Below, piece by piece: positions 9,486 through 18,720 of a stretch of DNA of 64,000 bases. The notes below the pieces were generated by a model. The model saw only the letters and a program-made list of their open reading frames with translations, was not told where the DNA came from and made no database searches. Position 1 is the first letter of the stretch. The number at the start of each line of letters is the position of its first letter. The translations under genes were made by a program, and so were the position numbers. Source of the stretch: Elusimicrobiota bacterium (lineage in GTDB: Bacteria > Elusimicrobiota > Elusimicrobia > UBA1565); assembly GCA_043827405.1 (NCBI GenBank), contig JBDRPD010000083.1, positions 13,572-77,571 of the forward strand, written 5' to 3'.

Positions 9486-10420
9486 GAAAGCGCTGCCTAA
9501 ATACAATCCATGAGCTCGCCCGCCGCAATAAAGATGTTGTTTTTGTCGGCTCCGATCTCGGCGCCGGTGTGCTGGAAGATATGAAGCAGGAGCTACCGGG
9601 ACAGTTTATGATGGAAGGCGTTTCGGAGCAGCATATCGTCGGCATGGCCGCGGGGCTAGCGATGAGCGGCAAAATAGTTTACATCAACACGATCGCGCCG
9701 TTTATTACGCGGCGCTGCTTTGAGCAGAACGTGATCGACCTGGGTTTGGCGAAGGCAAACGTTCGCTTGACGGGCAGCGGCGGGGGGCTCGTGTACGCGC
9801 CCTTGGGCCCGACGCATCTGGCGACCGACGACATCGCGATCATGCGTGCGATCCCAAACATGACCGTCATCGCTCCCGCGGATGCCGAAGAGATGGAGCG
9901 GGTCGTGCGGGCGTCAGAAACCTATGCCGGGCCGATTTATATCCGCATCGCCAAGGGCGGCGATCCGGTGGTGTCGTCTCCGGATCATCCCTTCGCTATC
10001 GGCGAGGCGGTCGTGCACCGCGATGCGGGCGAGGTTTTGTTCGTGACCACGGGCATTATGCTGGCGCGCTCTCTTGCCGCAACGGAGTCCCTGCGGAAGT
10101 CCGGTATCGAAGCGGGAGTCGTGCATTTGCATACCATTAAGCCGTTTGACGGTGAGACCGTGCTGCGTGCGCTGGGCGGAGCCCGCGTCGTTATTACACT
10201 GGAAGAGCATACGATCGTCGGCGGCCTGGGCAGCGCGGTCGCCGAGCTTATCGCAGAAAATATTTTTATTCGGACGCCGCTGCTGCAGCGCCTGGGCATT
10301 CCCGATGTATTCCCCGATCAGTACGGCTCGCAGGACTCGCTGCTGAAGCGCTTCGGGCTCGATGTGGAGAGCATTGTTCGGCGGACGGAAGAGAGCCTCG
10401 CCCGGACGGCAAAGCGATGA
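9482..10420 (+). CDS. Transketolase-like C-terminal subunit
   Basis: GVSEQHIVGMAAGLA, GPTHLATDD, PIYIRIAKG, TIKPFD, LEEH...GGLGSAVAE. ATGA overlap at 9482. Confidence 0.92.
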   Translation: MRKRCLNTIHELARRNKDVVFVGSDLGAGVLEDMKQELPGQFMMEGVSEQHIVGMAAGLAMSGKIVYINTIAPFITRRCFEQNVIDLGLAKANVRLTGSGGGLVYAPLGPTHLATDDIAIMRAIPNMTVIAPADAEEMERVVRASETYAGPIYIRIAKGGDPVVSSPDHPFAIGEAVVHRDAGEVLFVTTGIMLARSLAATESLRKSGIEAGVVHLHTIKPFDGETVLRALGGARVVITLEEHTIVGGLGSAVAELIAENIFIRTPLLQRLGIPDVFPDQYGSQDSLLKRFGLDVESIVRRTEESLARTAKR

Positions 10421-10908
10421 ACGCGGACGAGCCCGATATCCCTCCCGGGCTGGACCTTATTGTTGACCGGAGCGGCCGGACCGAGGCCTATTATTCGCGG
10501 TCGTCGCTGCCGGTAATCGATGCCGCCGCCGTCGAGTGGCTCAAGAATAAGGCTGCCGCGGCCGGTACCGCCCGCATCTGCCTGCATCTGGGGAAGGAAG
10601 ATCCTATTCACAGTATGATTATCGCCCACGCACCGTCCGGGGCGTTCGTCGTCCATAAGCATCTGACCCGGGATGAGGTCTATCATATGATCGAGGGCCG
10701 GCTGCGGGTGACGATCTATGGAGAGGACGGCAAGCCGTGTGAAACGAAGACCTTGGGGGCGCTCGGCTCCGGGCTTCCCTTCTTGTGCCGCGTACGTGCC
10801 GGCGCCTGGCACTCCAACGTGCCGGAAGACGGCACGGCGGTTTTTCACGAATCGCGGCCGGGACCGTTTAAGCCAGCCGACACCTTGACGGCGGACCGGA
10901 CGTCGTGA
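10417..10908 (+). CDS. wbuC: WbuC-family cupin-fold metalloprotein
   Basis: IHSMII...HKHLTRDEVYHMIEG...GAWHSN...FHESRPGPF cupin pattern, typical of O-antigen clusters. Confidence 0.7.
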   Translation: MNADEPDIPPGLDLIVDRSGRTEAYYSRSSLPVIDAAAVEWLKNKAAAAGTARICLHLGKEDPIHSMIIAHAPSGAFVVHKHLTRDEVYHMIEGRLRVTIYGEDGKPCETKTLGALGSGLPFLCRVRAGAWHSNVPEDGTAVFHESRPGPFKPADTLTADRTS

Positions 10909-12125
10909 TCCGTGTCCTGCGCCGCGGCGCACGGTATCTGGTGCAGCTGTGCGGCGCTGTCGTGATCCTGCTGCTGTACGCGGTAAAGCCGGTATTGTGG
11001 TTGCGGCTGGGGCGCCTGCACAGCGATCGGATTGGAATTCTGGCGGCGGGCACCGACCTGTTCCTGCGGCGGCGGCAGCTTGGCGACGTCGATCCTCGTA
11101 TTCGGCATTTGTTCGTCGCCCGGCCAACGTGCAACCGGCAGCTGCTCGAAATGTACCAGCGCCTTTTGCCGATTTATGAGAGCGCCGCGTTGTCCAAGAT
11201 TTACGATATTTGTGTGCCGCTGCTGAAGCATACGCCGTTTTATGAGCCGCTCGCCTTCCGTTGCGATGAATTCCGCGAGTTCGCCGAGGGTCGTAGGTCT
11301 TTGTCGTTTACTCCAGAGGAAGAGTTCCGCGGCAGAAAGCTGTTGGCGGAGATGGGGATCAAGGACGGTGATTGGTTCGTGTGCTTCCATAATCGGGATG
11401 GGGCCTATCTGACGCAGGAGTTCCCTGACCGGGATTGGAGTTATCATGATGAGCGCGACAACAGCATTGAAAACCTCTGCGCAGCGGTGCGCTATGTCGT
11501 GGACAGCGGCGGCGCGGCCGTTCGCATGGGCGCGGTGGTTCAGCATCCTCTTCCGGCGAGCTTCCAGCATCCTCGAATTATCGATTATGCGCGCAAGCAC
11601 CGGAGTGATTTTCTGGATATTTACCTGCTGGCCAAGTGCAAGTTTATGATCGGTTCGGATACCGGACTGGCTCAGGTCGCCACGGTGTTTGATGTCCCCG
11701 TCGCGAATACCAACTCCGTGTACAGCGACTGGGCGGCCTTCCGGCCGGACGATATCTTCATCACCAAGAAAGTGTATGACGTGAATGCGGAGAGGTATCT
11801 TGGTTACAGGGAGGCACTTTGCCGCGGCGTGTCCCTCACCGGGTTGGCGCTCCGCGACTACGAGAAGTCGGGATTGTCCTTGCACGAGAACACCGCGGCC
11901 GAGATCAAGGACCTAGTGCTGGAGATGAATGAGCGCCTGGATGGCGTCTGGAAAGTTGAGCCGGCGGATGAGGATTTGCAGCGCCGCTATTGTGAGATGT
12001 TCTCGGAGCGGGATTTCTGTTACGGTTTCCGTTCCCGCGTCGGCACCCGGTTTCTATGGGAAAACAAGAGTCGCATATTTGGGGACGGAGAAGGCGTAAT
12101 GCCGTCCCTTCAGCAAGGAGCTTGA
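10905..12125 (+). CDS. Putative glycosyltransferase, TIGR04372 family
   Basis: RIGILA, WFVCFHNRDGAYL, RDNSIEN, VRMG, DFLDIYLLAKCKFMIGSDTGL. Family recalled from these motifs, not searched. Confidence 0.72.
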   Translation: MIRVLRRGARYLVQLCGAVVILLLYAVKPVLWLRLGRLHSDRIGILAAGTDLFLRRRQLGDVDPRIRHLFVARPTCNRQLLEMYQRLLPIYESAALSKIYDICVPLLKHTPFYEPLAFRCDEFREFAEGRRSLSFTPEEEFRGRKLLAEMGIKDGDWFVCFHNRDGAYLTQEFPDRDWSYHDERDNSIENLCAAVRYVVDSGGAAVRMGAVVQHPLPASFQHPRIIDYARKHRSDFLDIYLLAKCKFMIGSDTGLAQVATVFDVPVANTNSVYSDWAAFRPDDIFITKKVYDVNAERYLGYREALCRGVSLTGLALRDYEKSGLSLHENTAAEIKDLVLEMNERLDGVWKVEPADEDLQRRYCEMFSERDFCYGFRSRVGTRFLWENKSRIFGDGEGVMPSLQQGA

Positions 12126-13384
12126 ACGTGTCCGGTACTACCAACAAGCGTGCCGTATTTCGTCGTAATACCTGCCGACTATGTGCCCGGGGCGGGCTGG
12201 AGCTTGTGCTGCGGCTGCCGCCGACGCCGCCGGGAGACCACTACATCAAGGCCGACCGCCTGAATGAGGCGCAGGCCTGCTATCCCATCGACCTGGCGCT
12301 CTGCCGCGACTGCGGCTTCGTGCAGCTCTTGGATGTGGTCGATCCGGATATTTTGTACGGAAACTACATTTACAGCACGCAGTCTTCGCCAGGGCTGGAT
12401 GAGCATTTCCAGAAATACGCGGACTCGACGATCGCGCGGCTTTCCATCCCGGCTGGTGCATTCCTCGTGGAGTTCGGCAGCAACGACGGTACGCTGCTGC
12501 GGCGCTTTAAAGAGCGCGGCGTCAAGACCCTTGGGGTGGACCCGGCGGCGGCGGTGGCTCGTGCCGCAACTGAGGCGGGCGTCGAAACGATTAACGCGTA
12601 CTTTACGGCGGAAGTCGCCGAGCGGATCGTCGCCGAGAAGGGGCGCGCCGACGTGATCATCGCCAATAATGTTGTCGCCAACATTGACGACCTGGATGCG
12701 GTCGGCGAGGCGGTGCGGCACCTGCTCGCTCCCGGCGGCGCGTTCGTCTTCGAGAGCGGCTACCTGCTCGATCTGGTGCGCAACAACGTCTTCGACAATA
12801 TTTATCACGAGCATTTAAGCTACCTGTCGGCTAAGCCGCTGGTTTCCTTTTTCCGCGGCAAGGGCATGGAGGTCGTGGATGTGGAGCATGTCCCGACAAA
12901 AGGCGGGTCGATCCGGGTGACGACGCAGCTGGCGGGCGGGGGGCGGCAGCCCGCCGCCTCGGTGGCTCAGGCCGTCGCCGAAGAGGAGTCGGCGGGCATT
13001 TATGCGCCGCAAACCTATACCGTCTACGGCCAGCGCCTGGCCAAAATGAAAGCGGACCTGCTGACGCTTCTCGACGCGCTGCGGGAGGAAGGTAAAAAAA
13101 TAGCGGGCTACGGCGCTTCCACCAGCGTCACCACGTTGGGCTACTACTTCGACGTCTGGGACAAGCTGGACTTTATCGTCGACGACAATCCTATCAAGCA
13201 GAATCGCTACACTCCCGGCGCGCATGTCCCGGTGCTGCCGTCCGACGCTCTGTATGAGAAGAAGCCGGACTATGTTGTGGTTCTTCCATGGCGCTTCGCC
13301 GAGCAGATCCGCGCCCGGCACAAAGTTTTCAGCGAGAAGGGCGGCCGCTTCATCGTCCCGGTGCCGGCGCTGGCCGTTTACTAG
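12122..13384 (+). CDS. NDP-hexose C-methyltransferase (N-terminal Zn finger, SAM domain, C-terminal domain)
   Basis: CRLC...CRDC Zn site, VEFGSNDG, IYHEHLSY, GGSIR, GYGA, DDNPIKQ, VLPW. Start uncertain (TTG 12122 or GTG 12128). Confidence 0.88.
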   Translation: MNVSGTTNKRAVFRRNTCRLCARGGLELVLRLPPTPPGDHYIKADRLNEAQACYPIDLALCRDCGFVQLLDVVDPDILYGNYIYSTQSSPGLDEHFQKYADSTIARLSIPAGAFLVEFGSNDGTLLRRFKERGVKTLGVDPAAAVARAATEAGVETINAYFTAEVAERIVAEKGRADVIIANNVVANIDDLDAVGEAVRHLLAPGGAFVFESGYLLDLVRNNVFDNIYHEHLSYLSAKPLVSFFRGKGMEVVDVEHVPTKGGSIRVTTQLAGGGRQPAASVAQAVAEEESAGIYAPQTYTVYGQRLAKMKADLLTLLDALREEGKKIAGYGASTSVTTLGYYFDVWDKLDFIVDDNPIKQNRYTPGAHVPVLPSDALYEKKPDYVVVLPWRFAEQIRARHKVFSEKGGRFIVPVPALAVY

Positions 13385-13390
13385 ATAAAT

Positions 13391-14479
13391 ATGACGAAGA
13401 TCTCGTGGTGGCGGACATCTTTTGGGGAGGCTGAAGTCGAGCGCATGCAAATGGCGGTACGCAATGAGCATATCAGCGCGGGCCCGGTCACTGAGGCGCT
13501 CGAAGCCGAGATCGCGCGCGCGCTGGACGTCCCGTACGCGGTTGTGACAACAAGCGGCAGCGCCGCGCTGTTCCTGGCGCTGCAGGCGGTCGGAGTCCGG
13601 CGCGGCGACGAAGTCATCGTGCCGGACCGCACCTGGATCGCCACGGCCCACGCGGTGTTGCTGGCTGGCGCCAAGGTCGTGCTGGCGGACGTTCGTTCAG
13701 ATATCCCGACGCTGGATGTCGAGCGGCTGAAAGAGAAGATAACTCCGCGGACCAAGGCGATACTGCCGGTCCACTTGAACGGGCGCGCGGTCGAGATGGA
13801 TAAGGTCCACGCACTCGCGGCCGAGCATGGGCTGAGGGTTGTGGAGGACGCCTGCCAGGCTTTATTTTCGCGCGACAGCGGCTGCTGTTTGGGCACGCAG
13901 TCGGATGCGGGTTGCTTTTCCATGAGCGTCACCAAGCTGATCTCAACGGGTCAGGGCGGTTTCGCGGTGACGAAGGATAAGGCGGTGTACGAGCAGATGA
14001 CGGCTCTGCGTAATCATGGGGTGGCTGACTACTTCGCCGACCGTTGGAACCAGTTCGGTTTCAATTTAAAGTTTACGGATCTGCTCGCGTCTTTCGGTTT
14101 GGTGCAACTGGCCAAGGCGGCGGAACGCGTTGCGGTGCTGCAGGCGATCTACGAGAAATACCGAAACGGCCTCGTGGGTCTGCGGTCGGTCAAGCTGCTG
14201 CCGTCCCGGGTGGCCGCGGGCGAGCTCCCGCTGTATGCGGAAGTCCTGTGCACGGAACGGGAGCGGCTCGTCGAGTTCCTGGCTGCCCGGGACATCCAGA
14301 CGCGTCCCGTACCGCCGAACCTGGATATCTCCGACTACATCGAGAACGACGGCAACTATCCGAACTCCCGGCGCTTTGCGGAGCAGGGGATGTACCTGCC
14401 CTGCGGCCCCGGGCAGCCGCTGGAGAACATAGACCGCGTCATCGAGGCGGTCGCGCAGTTCGCGCCCAGAGAGGTTTAG
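13391..14479 (+). CDS. DegT/DnrJ/EryC1/StrS sugar aminotransferase (third copy)
   Basis: TTSGSAALFLAL, VEDACQA, FSMSVTKLISTGQGG, GFNLKFTD. Confidence 0.9.
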   Translation: MTKISWWRTSFGEAEVERMQMAVRNEHISAGPVTEALEAEIARALDVPYAVVTTSGSAALFLALQAVGVRRGDEVIVPDRTWIATAHAVLLAGAKVVLADVRSDIPTLDVERLKEKITPRTKAILPVHLNGRAVEMDKVHALAAEHGLRVVEDACQALFSRDSGCCLGTQSDAGCFSMSVTKLISTGQGGFAVTKDKAVYEQMTALRNHGVADYFADRWNQFGFNLKFTDLLASFGLVQLAKAAERVAVLQAIYEKYRNGLVGLRSVKLLPSRVAAGELPLYAEVLCTERERLVEFLAARDIQTRPVPPNLDISDYIENDGNYPNSRRFAEQGMYLPCGPGQPLENIDRVIEAVAQFAPREV

Positions 14480-15574
14480 ATGAGTTTCAAGACCATCACC
14501 GCGCCCCATATCAACGCCAACGACGTCGAAATGGTACTTGTCGAATGGCATGTCCGCCCATGGCAGAAGATCGTAAAAGGCGAGCCGATATGCGACGTCG
14601 AGAGCACTAAGGCGCTGCTTACCGTTGAGGCCGATCGGGCGGGCTACGTCTATCCCTTGGTCGAAGAGAAAGCGACGGTGCGGGTCGGCGAGCCGCTGGC
14701 GCATGTTTTCGTCAAGAGCGATCCCGAGCAGCTGGCTGCCGTCGAGAAGAAGGCCGCCCGCGGCGGCACAATTGTTACAAAGAAAGCGAGGATTCTTATG
14801 CAGGAATTCGGGCTCACGGCTTCCGATTTTCCGGAGTTCACAAATATTAGTTCGGAGACGGTGGTGGCGAAGATTCGGGAGCGCAAGCTCGCTCCGGCGA
14901 CCGAGGGCGGTGCCGAGGCGCGTGAGGTGCGCTTGGACGATACGTCTGTGGTGCTGTACGGAGATGACCCGAACTTCGCGCTGCTGGCGTTGGATGCGTT
15001 TGCCGCCGGCGGGCGGTACTCGCCGGCGGCCTATGTCGGCGCGGCGCGAGGCGGAGAGTTCTATGGGATCCCCGCGCTACCTTCCGGCGCGCTGAGCGGG
15101 CTTATGGCGCGCGGCGCGCGGCGCGTGTTTATTTGCGGTTCGGATTGCGCGGCGCAGGTGCGGGAGTGTGAGGCTTTGGGATGGGAGATCGTTTCGGCGG
15201 TCCATTCTTCCGCAGTCGTCGCTGTTACCGCGCGTCTGGGCCGGGGCGTGTTCGTTGGCGCCCAGGCTGCGATCGGGCCGGACGCGGAAATCGGAGACTT
15301 CTGCCGGATACTGTGCGGGGCTTCGGTCGCCCACCACGGCCGGTTGGGCAAGTTCGTCAGCGTTTCCGACGGCGCCCGGCTGGGAGGGCACGTCTCGGTG
15401 GGGGACGGAAGCCTCATCGGCATCGGAGTGAATGTGAACAAGCGCGTGGCGATGGGGAAAGGGGTGGTCGTCGTCTCGGGCGTTACCGTGACCGACCATG
15501 TGCCGGATAAGCAGGTCGTGCGCGCCGCCGGACAAGGGAAGACGGATTATCAGCAGAGAGCGAAAGAGGAGTGA
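14480..15574 (+). CDS. Lipoyl domain + peripheral subunit-binding-like domain + PglD/NeuD-type left-handed beta-helix acyltransferase fusion
   Basis: Residues ~1-78 fit a lipoyl domain (VKGEPICDVESTKA, Lys44 at 14609-14611). VTKKARILMQEFGL resembles the PSBD helix. The C-terminus has hexapeptide repeats (VHSSAVV, LGRGVFVG, IGPDAEIG, VAHHGRLG, VSVGDGSLIG). Confidence 0.8.
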   Translation: MSFKTITAPHINANDVEMVLVEWHVRPWQKIVKGEPICDVESTKALLTVEADRAGYVYPLVEEKATVRVGEPLAHVFVKSDPEQLAAVEKKAARGGTIVTKKARILMQEFGLTASDFPEFTNISSETVVAKIRERKLAPATEGGAEAREVRLDDTSVVLYGDDPNFALLALDAFAAGGRYSPAAYVGAARGGEFYGIPALPSGALSGLMARGARRVFICGSDCAAQVRECEALGWEIVSAVHSSAVVAVTARLGRGVFVGAQAAIGPDAEIGDFCRILCGASVAHHGRLGKFVSVSDGARLGGHVSVGDGSLIGIGVNVNKRVAMGKGVVVVSGVTVTDHVPDKQVVRAAGQGKTDYQQRAKEE

Positions 15575-15576
15575 CT

Positions 15577-16611
15577 ATGTATCTGCGACATAACGATATG
15601 CCGGACATCGTCCGGCTTGAATTGACGAACACCTGCAATATGTCGTGCCCTCACTGCCGGCATCATAGCCCGGAAAAGAGGAGGCCGGAGAACTACGCCG
15701 AGTACTACAAAAACCAAACGAACATGACGGAGGAACAGGTGGGGGCGATCTTCGATGAGATCGGGCCGCACAAGCCTTCGATGACGCTCAATGTGGCCAA
15801 TGAGCCGCTTATCGCGCCGGCCTTCCCGTTCGCGGTGCGCAAGGTTCGGGAGCACGGGATCGCGGGAACCTTCAACACCAACGGGATCGCGCTGACGGAG
15901 AAGATCGCCCGTCTTCTCGTGGATGTCGAATTCGACTCGATCAATATTAGCGTCGACGCCCTGACTCCGGAGACTCTAAAAAAGGCGCGCGGCATCACGG
16001 CGCTGGATAAGCTGGTGCGGAACGTCGAAATGCTGGTAGAAATCCGCGGCGGCAAGCGCTTTCCCCGCATCGGAGTGACCTTCGTGGAGATGGACTACAA
16101 CGTCCATGAAATACCGGAGTTTCTGGAGTTCTGGAAGAAGCGCGTCGATGTGATCCGAATCACTGGCTACATCTCCGACAATAAGCCGGATGTCAAGAAG
16201 TTCCCGACAGGACGCAAGGAGGGGTTGCCGGATCGAGTGCCGTGCAAGCAGCTGTTTCGCGATATCGTCATCCGCGCCAACGGCGACGTGACTCCGTGCG
16301 TGATTACTTCAGAAAACCCTGATCCGGTGCTCAGTGTCGGCAATATATTCAAGGATGGCGGCATCCGCGCGGTGTGGAACGGCCGCGCCATGCAGAAGCT
16401 GCGTGACATGCACAACAGCGGGAAATGGGAAGATATTTCATACTGTGCGCCGTGCGACTACTGGGTGGAGACCTTTGAGATGAAGGAGGAGCGGCGGGAC
16501 GGCTTCTTTATCCGAACGCCCTCGCCCTACACCGCGTTCTATAACGTCGAGGAGAGAATGGCGAACTGGAACAAGAAGCTTCTCGACCGGCAAGGGATGG
16601 GCGAACTTTGA
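15577..16611 (+). CDS. Radical SAM protein with C-terminal SPASM/twitch domain
   Basis: TNTCNMSCPHC (CxxxCxxC), ANEPL, FNTNG, ISVDA. C-terminal PCKQLF...VTPC...VGNIFK...CAPC. ATG 15577. Confidence 0.9.
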   Translation: MYLRHNDMPDIVRLELTNTCNMSCPHCRHHSPEKRRPENYAEYYKNQTNMTEEQVGAIFDEIGPHKPSMTLNVANEPLIAPAFPFAVRKVREHGIAGTFNTNGIALTEKIARLLVDVEFDSINISVDALTPETLKKARGITALDKLVRNVEMLVEIRGGKRFPRIGVTFVEMDYNVHEIPEFLEFWKKRVDVIRITGYISDNKPDVKKFPTGRKEGLPDRVPCKQLFRDIVIRANGDVTPCVITSENPDPVLSVGNIFKDGGIRAVWNGRAMQKLRDMHNSGKWEDISYCAPCDYWVETFEMKEERRDGFFIRTPSPYTAFYNVEERMANWNKKLLDRQGMGEL

Positions 16612-17513
16612 GCTTCCAGCTGAGCCGGGTCCTGCTGCTGGGGCATAGCGGCTTTATCGGTTCCGCGCTGGCGCGGCGGCTTCATGAAAGCCGGCCGGGG
16701 ATTGAGGTCGTCGGTCTGTCCTACCCGCCCTTCGACCTGACAGCACAGGAGCGGATAGCGGAGCTGCGGGAGGAACTGCGGCCGGGAACTGCCGTGGTCA
16801 TGTTGTCGGCGGTCAAGCGGCAGAGCGGCGACACGCTGGAGAACTACCTGCAGAACCAGATGATGGTGGTTAATTTGTGCCGGGCGCTGGAGGGACGCAG
16901 CTCCGTGCGCGTCGTATTCTTCAGCTCGACCGCGGTTTACGGCGAGGATGTGCACAATACCGAAATCACCGAGGCGACGCCGGTCCGTCCGCGCTCCTAT
17001 TATGGGATGGCGAAGTACTCCGGGGAGCGGATTCTCGCCAAGGCGTTCCAATCCGACAACGGGCGCGGGCTCGTCCTGCTGCGGCCCGCCACCGTCTATG
17101 GCGCCGGTGAACCCGGCACGGGTTATACGCCCACGGGCTTTCTGCGCAAGATGCGCGGTGGAGAGCGTCTGACACTGTGGGGCGACGGCAGCGAGTTGCG
17201 CGAGTTTATATATATCGATGATCTGACCGCGCTGACCGAGCGCCTGATCTTCAGCGACTTCTCCGGGGTGGTCAATATCGTTAGCGGCCGGAGCCGCACC
17301 TTCCAGGAGATCGCCGCGGCCGCTGTGCAGCTCGTCGGGGGAGGAGAAGCTCCCGACCGCAAGCCGAGGAGCAAGGATAAAGTTGACAACTGCTTCGTTC
17401 CCACTTATGTGCCGCGGCTTTTCCCTGAATTCACGTTCACTAGTATCGAGGACGGGATGCGGCGGATCAACGAGCTGGAAGCGGCTGCAGCTTCCGCCGG
17501 TGGCGTGAAATGA
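16608..17513 (+). CDS. NAD-dependent epimerase/reductase (extended SDR)
   Basis: LLGHSGFIGS, FFSSTAVYG, YGMAK, REFIYIDD. Confidence 0.85.
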   Translation: MSFQLSRVLLLGHSGFIGSALARRLHESRPGIEVVGLSYPPFDLTAQERIAELREELRPGTAVVMLSAVKRQSGDTLENYLQNQMMVVNLCRALEGRSSVRVVFFSSTAVYGEDVHNTEITEATPVRPRSYYGMAKYSGERILAKAFQSDNGRGLVLLRPATVYGAGEPGTGYTPTGFLRKMRGGERLTLWGDGSELREFIYIDDLTALTERLIFSDFSGVVNIVSGRSRTFQEIAAAAVQLVGGGEAPDRKPRSKDKVDNCFVPTYVPRLFPEFTFTSIEDGMRRINELEAAAASAGGVK

Positions 17514-18715
17514 GCTGTCGGCAATGCGGTAAGACTGAGTTGGAGGAGCTCATTCAATGCGGCCCCCAGCCTATAGGCAATAGGTTCCTGGAATCGCGCG
17601 AACTAGAGGAATATCTTCATCCGCTTACGCTCGGCCAGTGCTCCGGTTGTGGAATTGTTCAGCTGACTGAGTCGCCCCCCGCCGAGGAGCTGCGCCCCCG
17701 GCTGGATTGGATTACCTACAGCGAGCCCGAGGCGCATCTGGACGCGCTGGCTGACAGGATCGCGGCGTTGGAGGGGCTGCCCGACGGCGCCGTTATCTGC
17801 GGTGTCAGCTTCAAGGATGATTCCATGCTGCGGCGCATGCGCGAGAGGGGATGCGGCGCTACCTGGCGCGTCGACATCGAGCGGGATCTGGGAGTCGCGG
17901 GCGCGGGTGCCGGGGTAGAGACCGTCCAGGCTCGCTTGACGCGGGGCAGGGCTGCAGCGCTGGCGCGGGAGCACGGCCCGGCGGATGTGGTCATCGCGCG
18001 GCATATTCTTGAGCACGCCTTCGATCCGCGAGAGTTCCTGGCGGCGGTTCGGTGTCTCGGCAAGCCTGGCGCGTATGTGGTATTCGAGGTTCCGGATTGC
18101 TCAGCGTCGATCGAGCGGCTGGATTACTGCGTTATCTGGGAGGAGCACGTGGTGTATTTCTCGCCGGAAACCTTTCGCGACTGCCTGCGTCGCGCCGGCT
18201 TAGTACCGGTGTATTTCGACATGGTGCCGTACCCGATGGAGAATTCGCTTATCGGCATCGGCCGCGCCGGCGCCGGCGGCAGCGGCTCCGGGGAGGATAT
18301 GTCCGCGAAGGTTTTGGAAGCCGAGCTGCGTCGGGGCCGGGCTTTCGCCGACGGCTTCCCCCGTCGTCGGGACGCGCTGCGCGGTCGGCTCGCCGCGCAC
18401 GCGGAGAAAAACGAGAAGATCGCGCTTTTCGGCGCCGGACATCTGGCCTGCACCTTCGTCAGCCTGCTGGGTCTGGGTAAATACATCGAGTTTGTGGCCG
18501 ACGATCATCCGTACAAGAAGGGGATGTTCATGCCGGGCTCGAAGCTGCCGATTATGGGCTCCATGGCGCTGCTGGACCGCGGCGTCCGTCTTTGCCTGCT
18601 TAGTCTTAACCCGAATAATGAGGAGGCGGTGATAAGCAACAACCGCGAATTTGTTGACCGGGGGGGAGAGTTCTTTTCGATCTTTCCGGCCAGCAAGCGC
18701 GCGCTGAAACCCTGA
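17510..18715 (+). CDS. NDP-hexose C-methyltransferase-like protein (second copy)
   Basis: CRQC...CSGC Zn site, RHILEH, FEVPD, WEEHVVYF, LFGAGH, DDHPYKKGMFMPG. SAM motif I looks degenerate. Confidence 0.75.
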   Translation: MSCRQCGKTELEELIQCGPQPIGNRFLESRELEEYLHPLTLGQCSGCGIVQLTESPPAEELRPRLDWITYSEPEAHLDALADRIAALEGLPDGAVICGVSFKDDSMLRRMRERGCGATWRVDIERDLGVAGAGAGVETVQARLTRGRAAALAREHGPADVVIARHILEHAFDPREFLAAVRCLGKPGAYVVFEVPDCSASIERLDYCVIWEEHVVYFSPETFRDCLRRAGLVPVYFDMVPYPMENSLIGIGRAGAGGSGSGEDMSAKVLEAELRRGRAFADGFPRRRDALRGRLAAHAEKNEKIALFGAGHLACTFVSLLGLGKYIEFVADDHPYKKGMFMPGSKLPIMGSMALLDRGVRLCLLSLNPNNEEAVISNNREFVDRGGEFFSIFPASKRALKP

Positions 18716-18720
18716 CCCGT

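Noticed and set aside
14480-14720. N-terminal domain of the fusion as a biotin carrier
   Set aside because: The motif is ESTKA rather than the biotinylation motif EAMKM, a PSBD-like segment follows, and no carboxylase genes are present.
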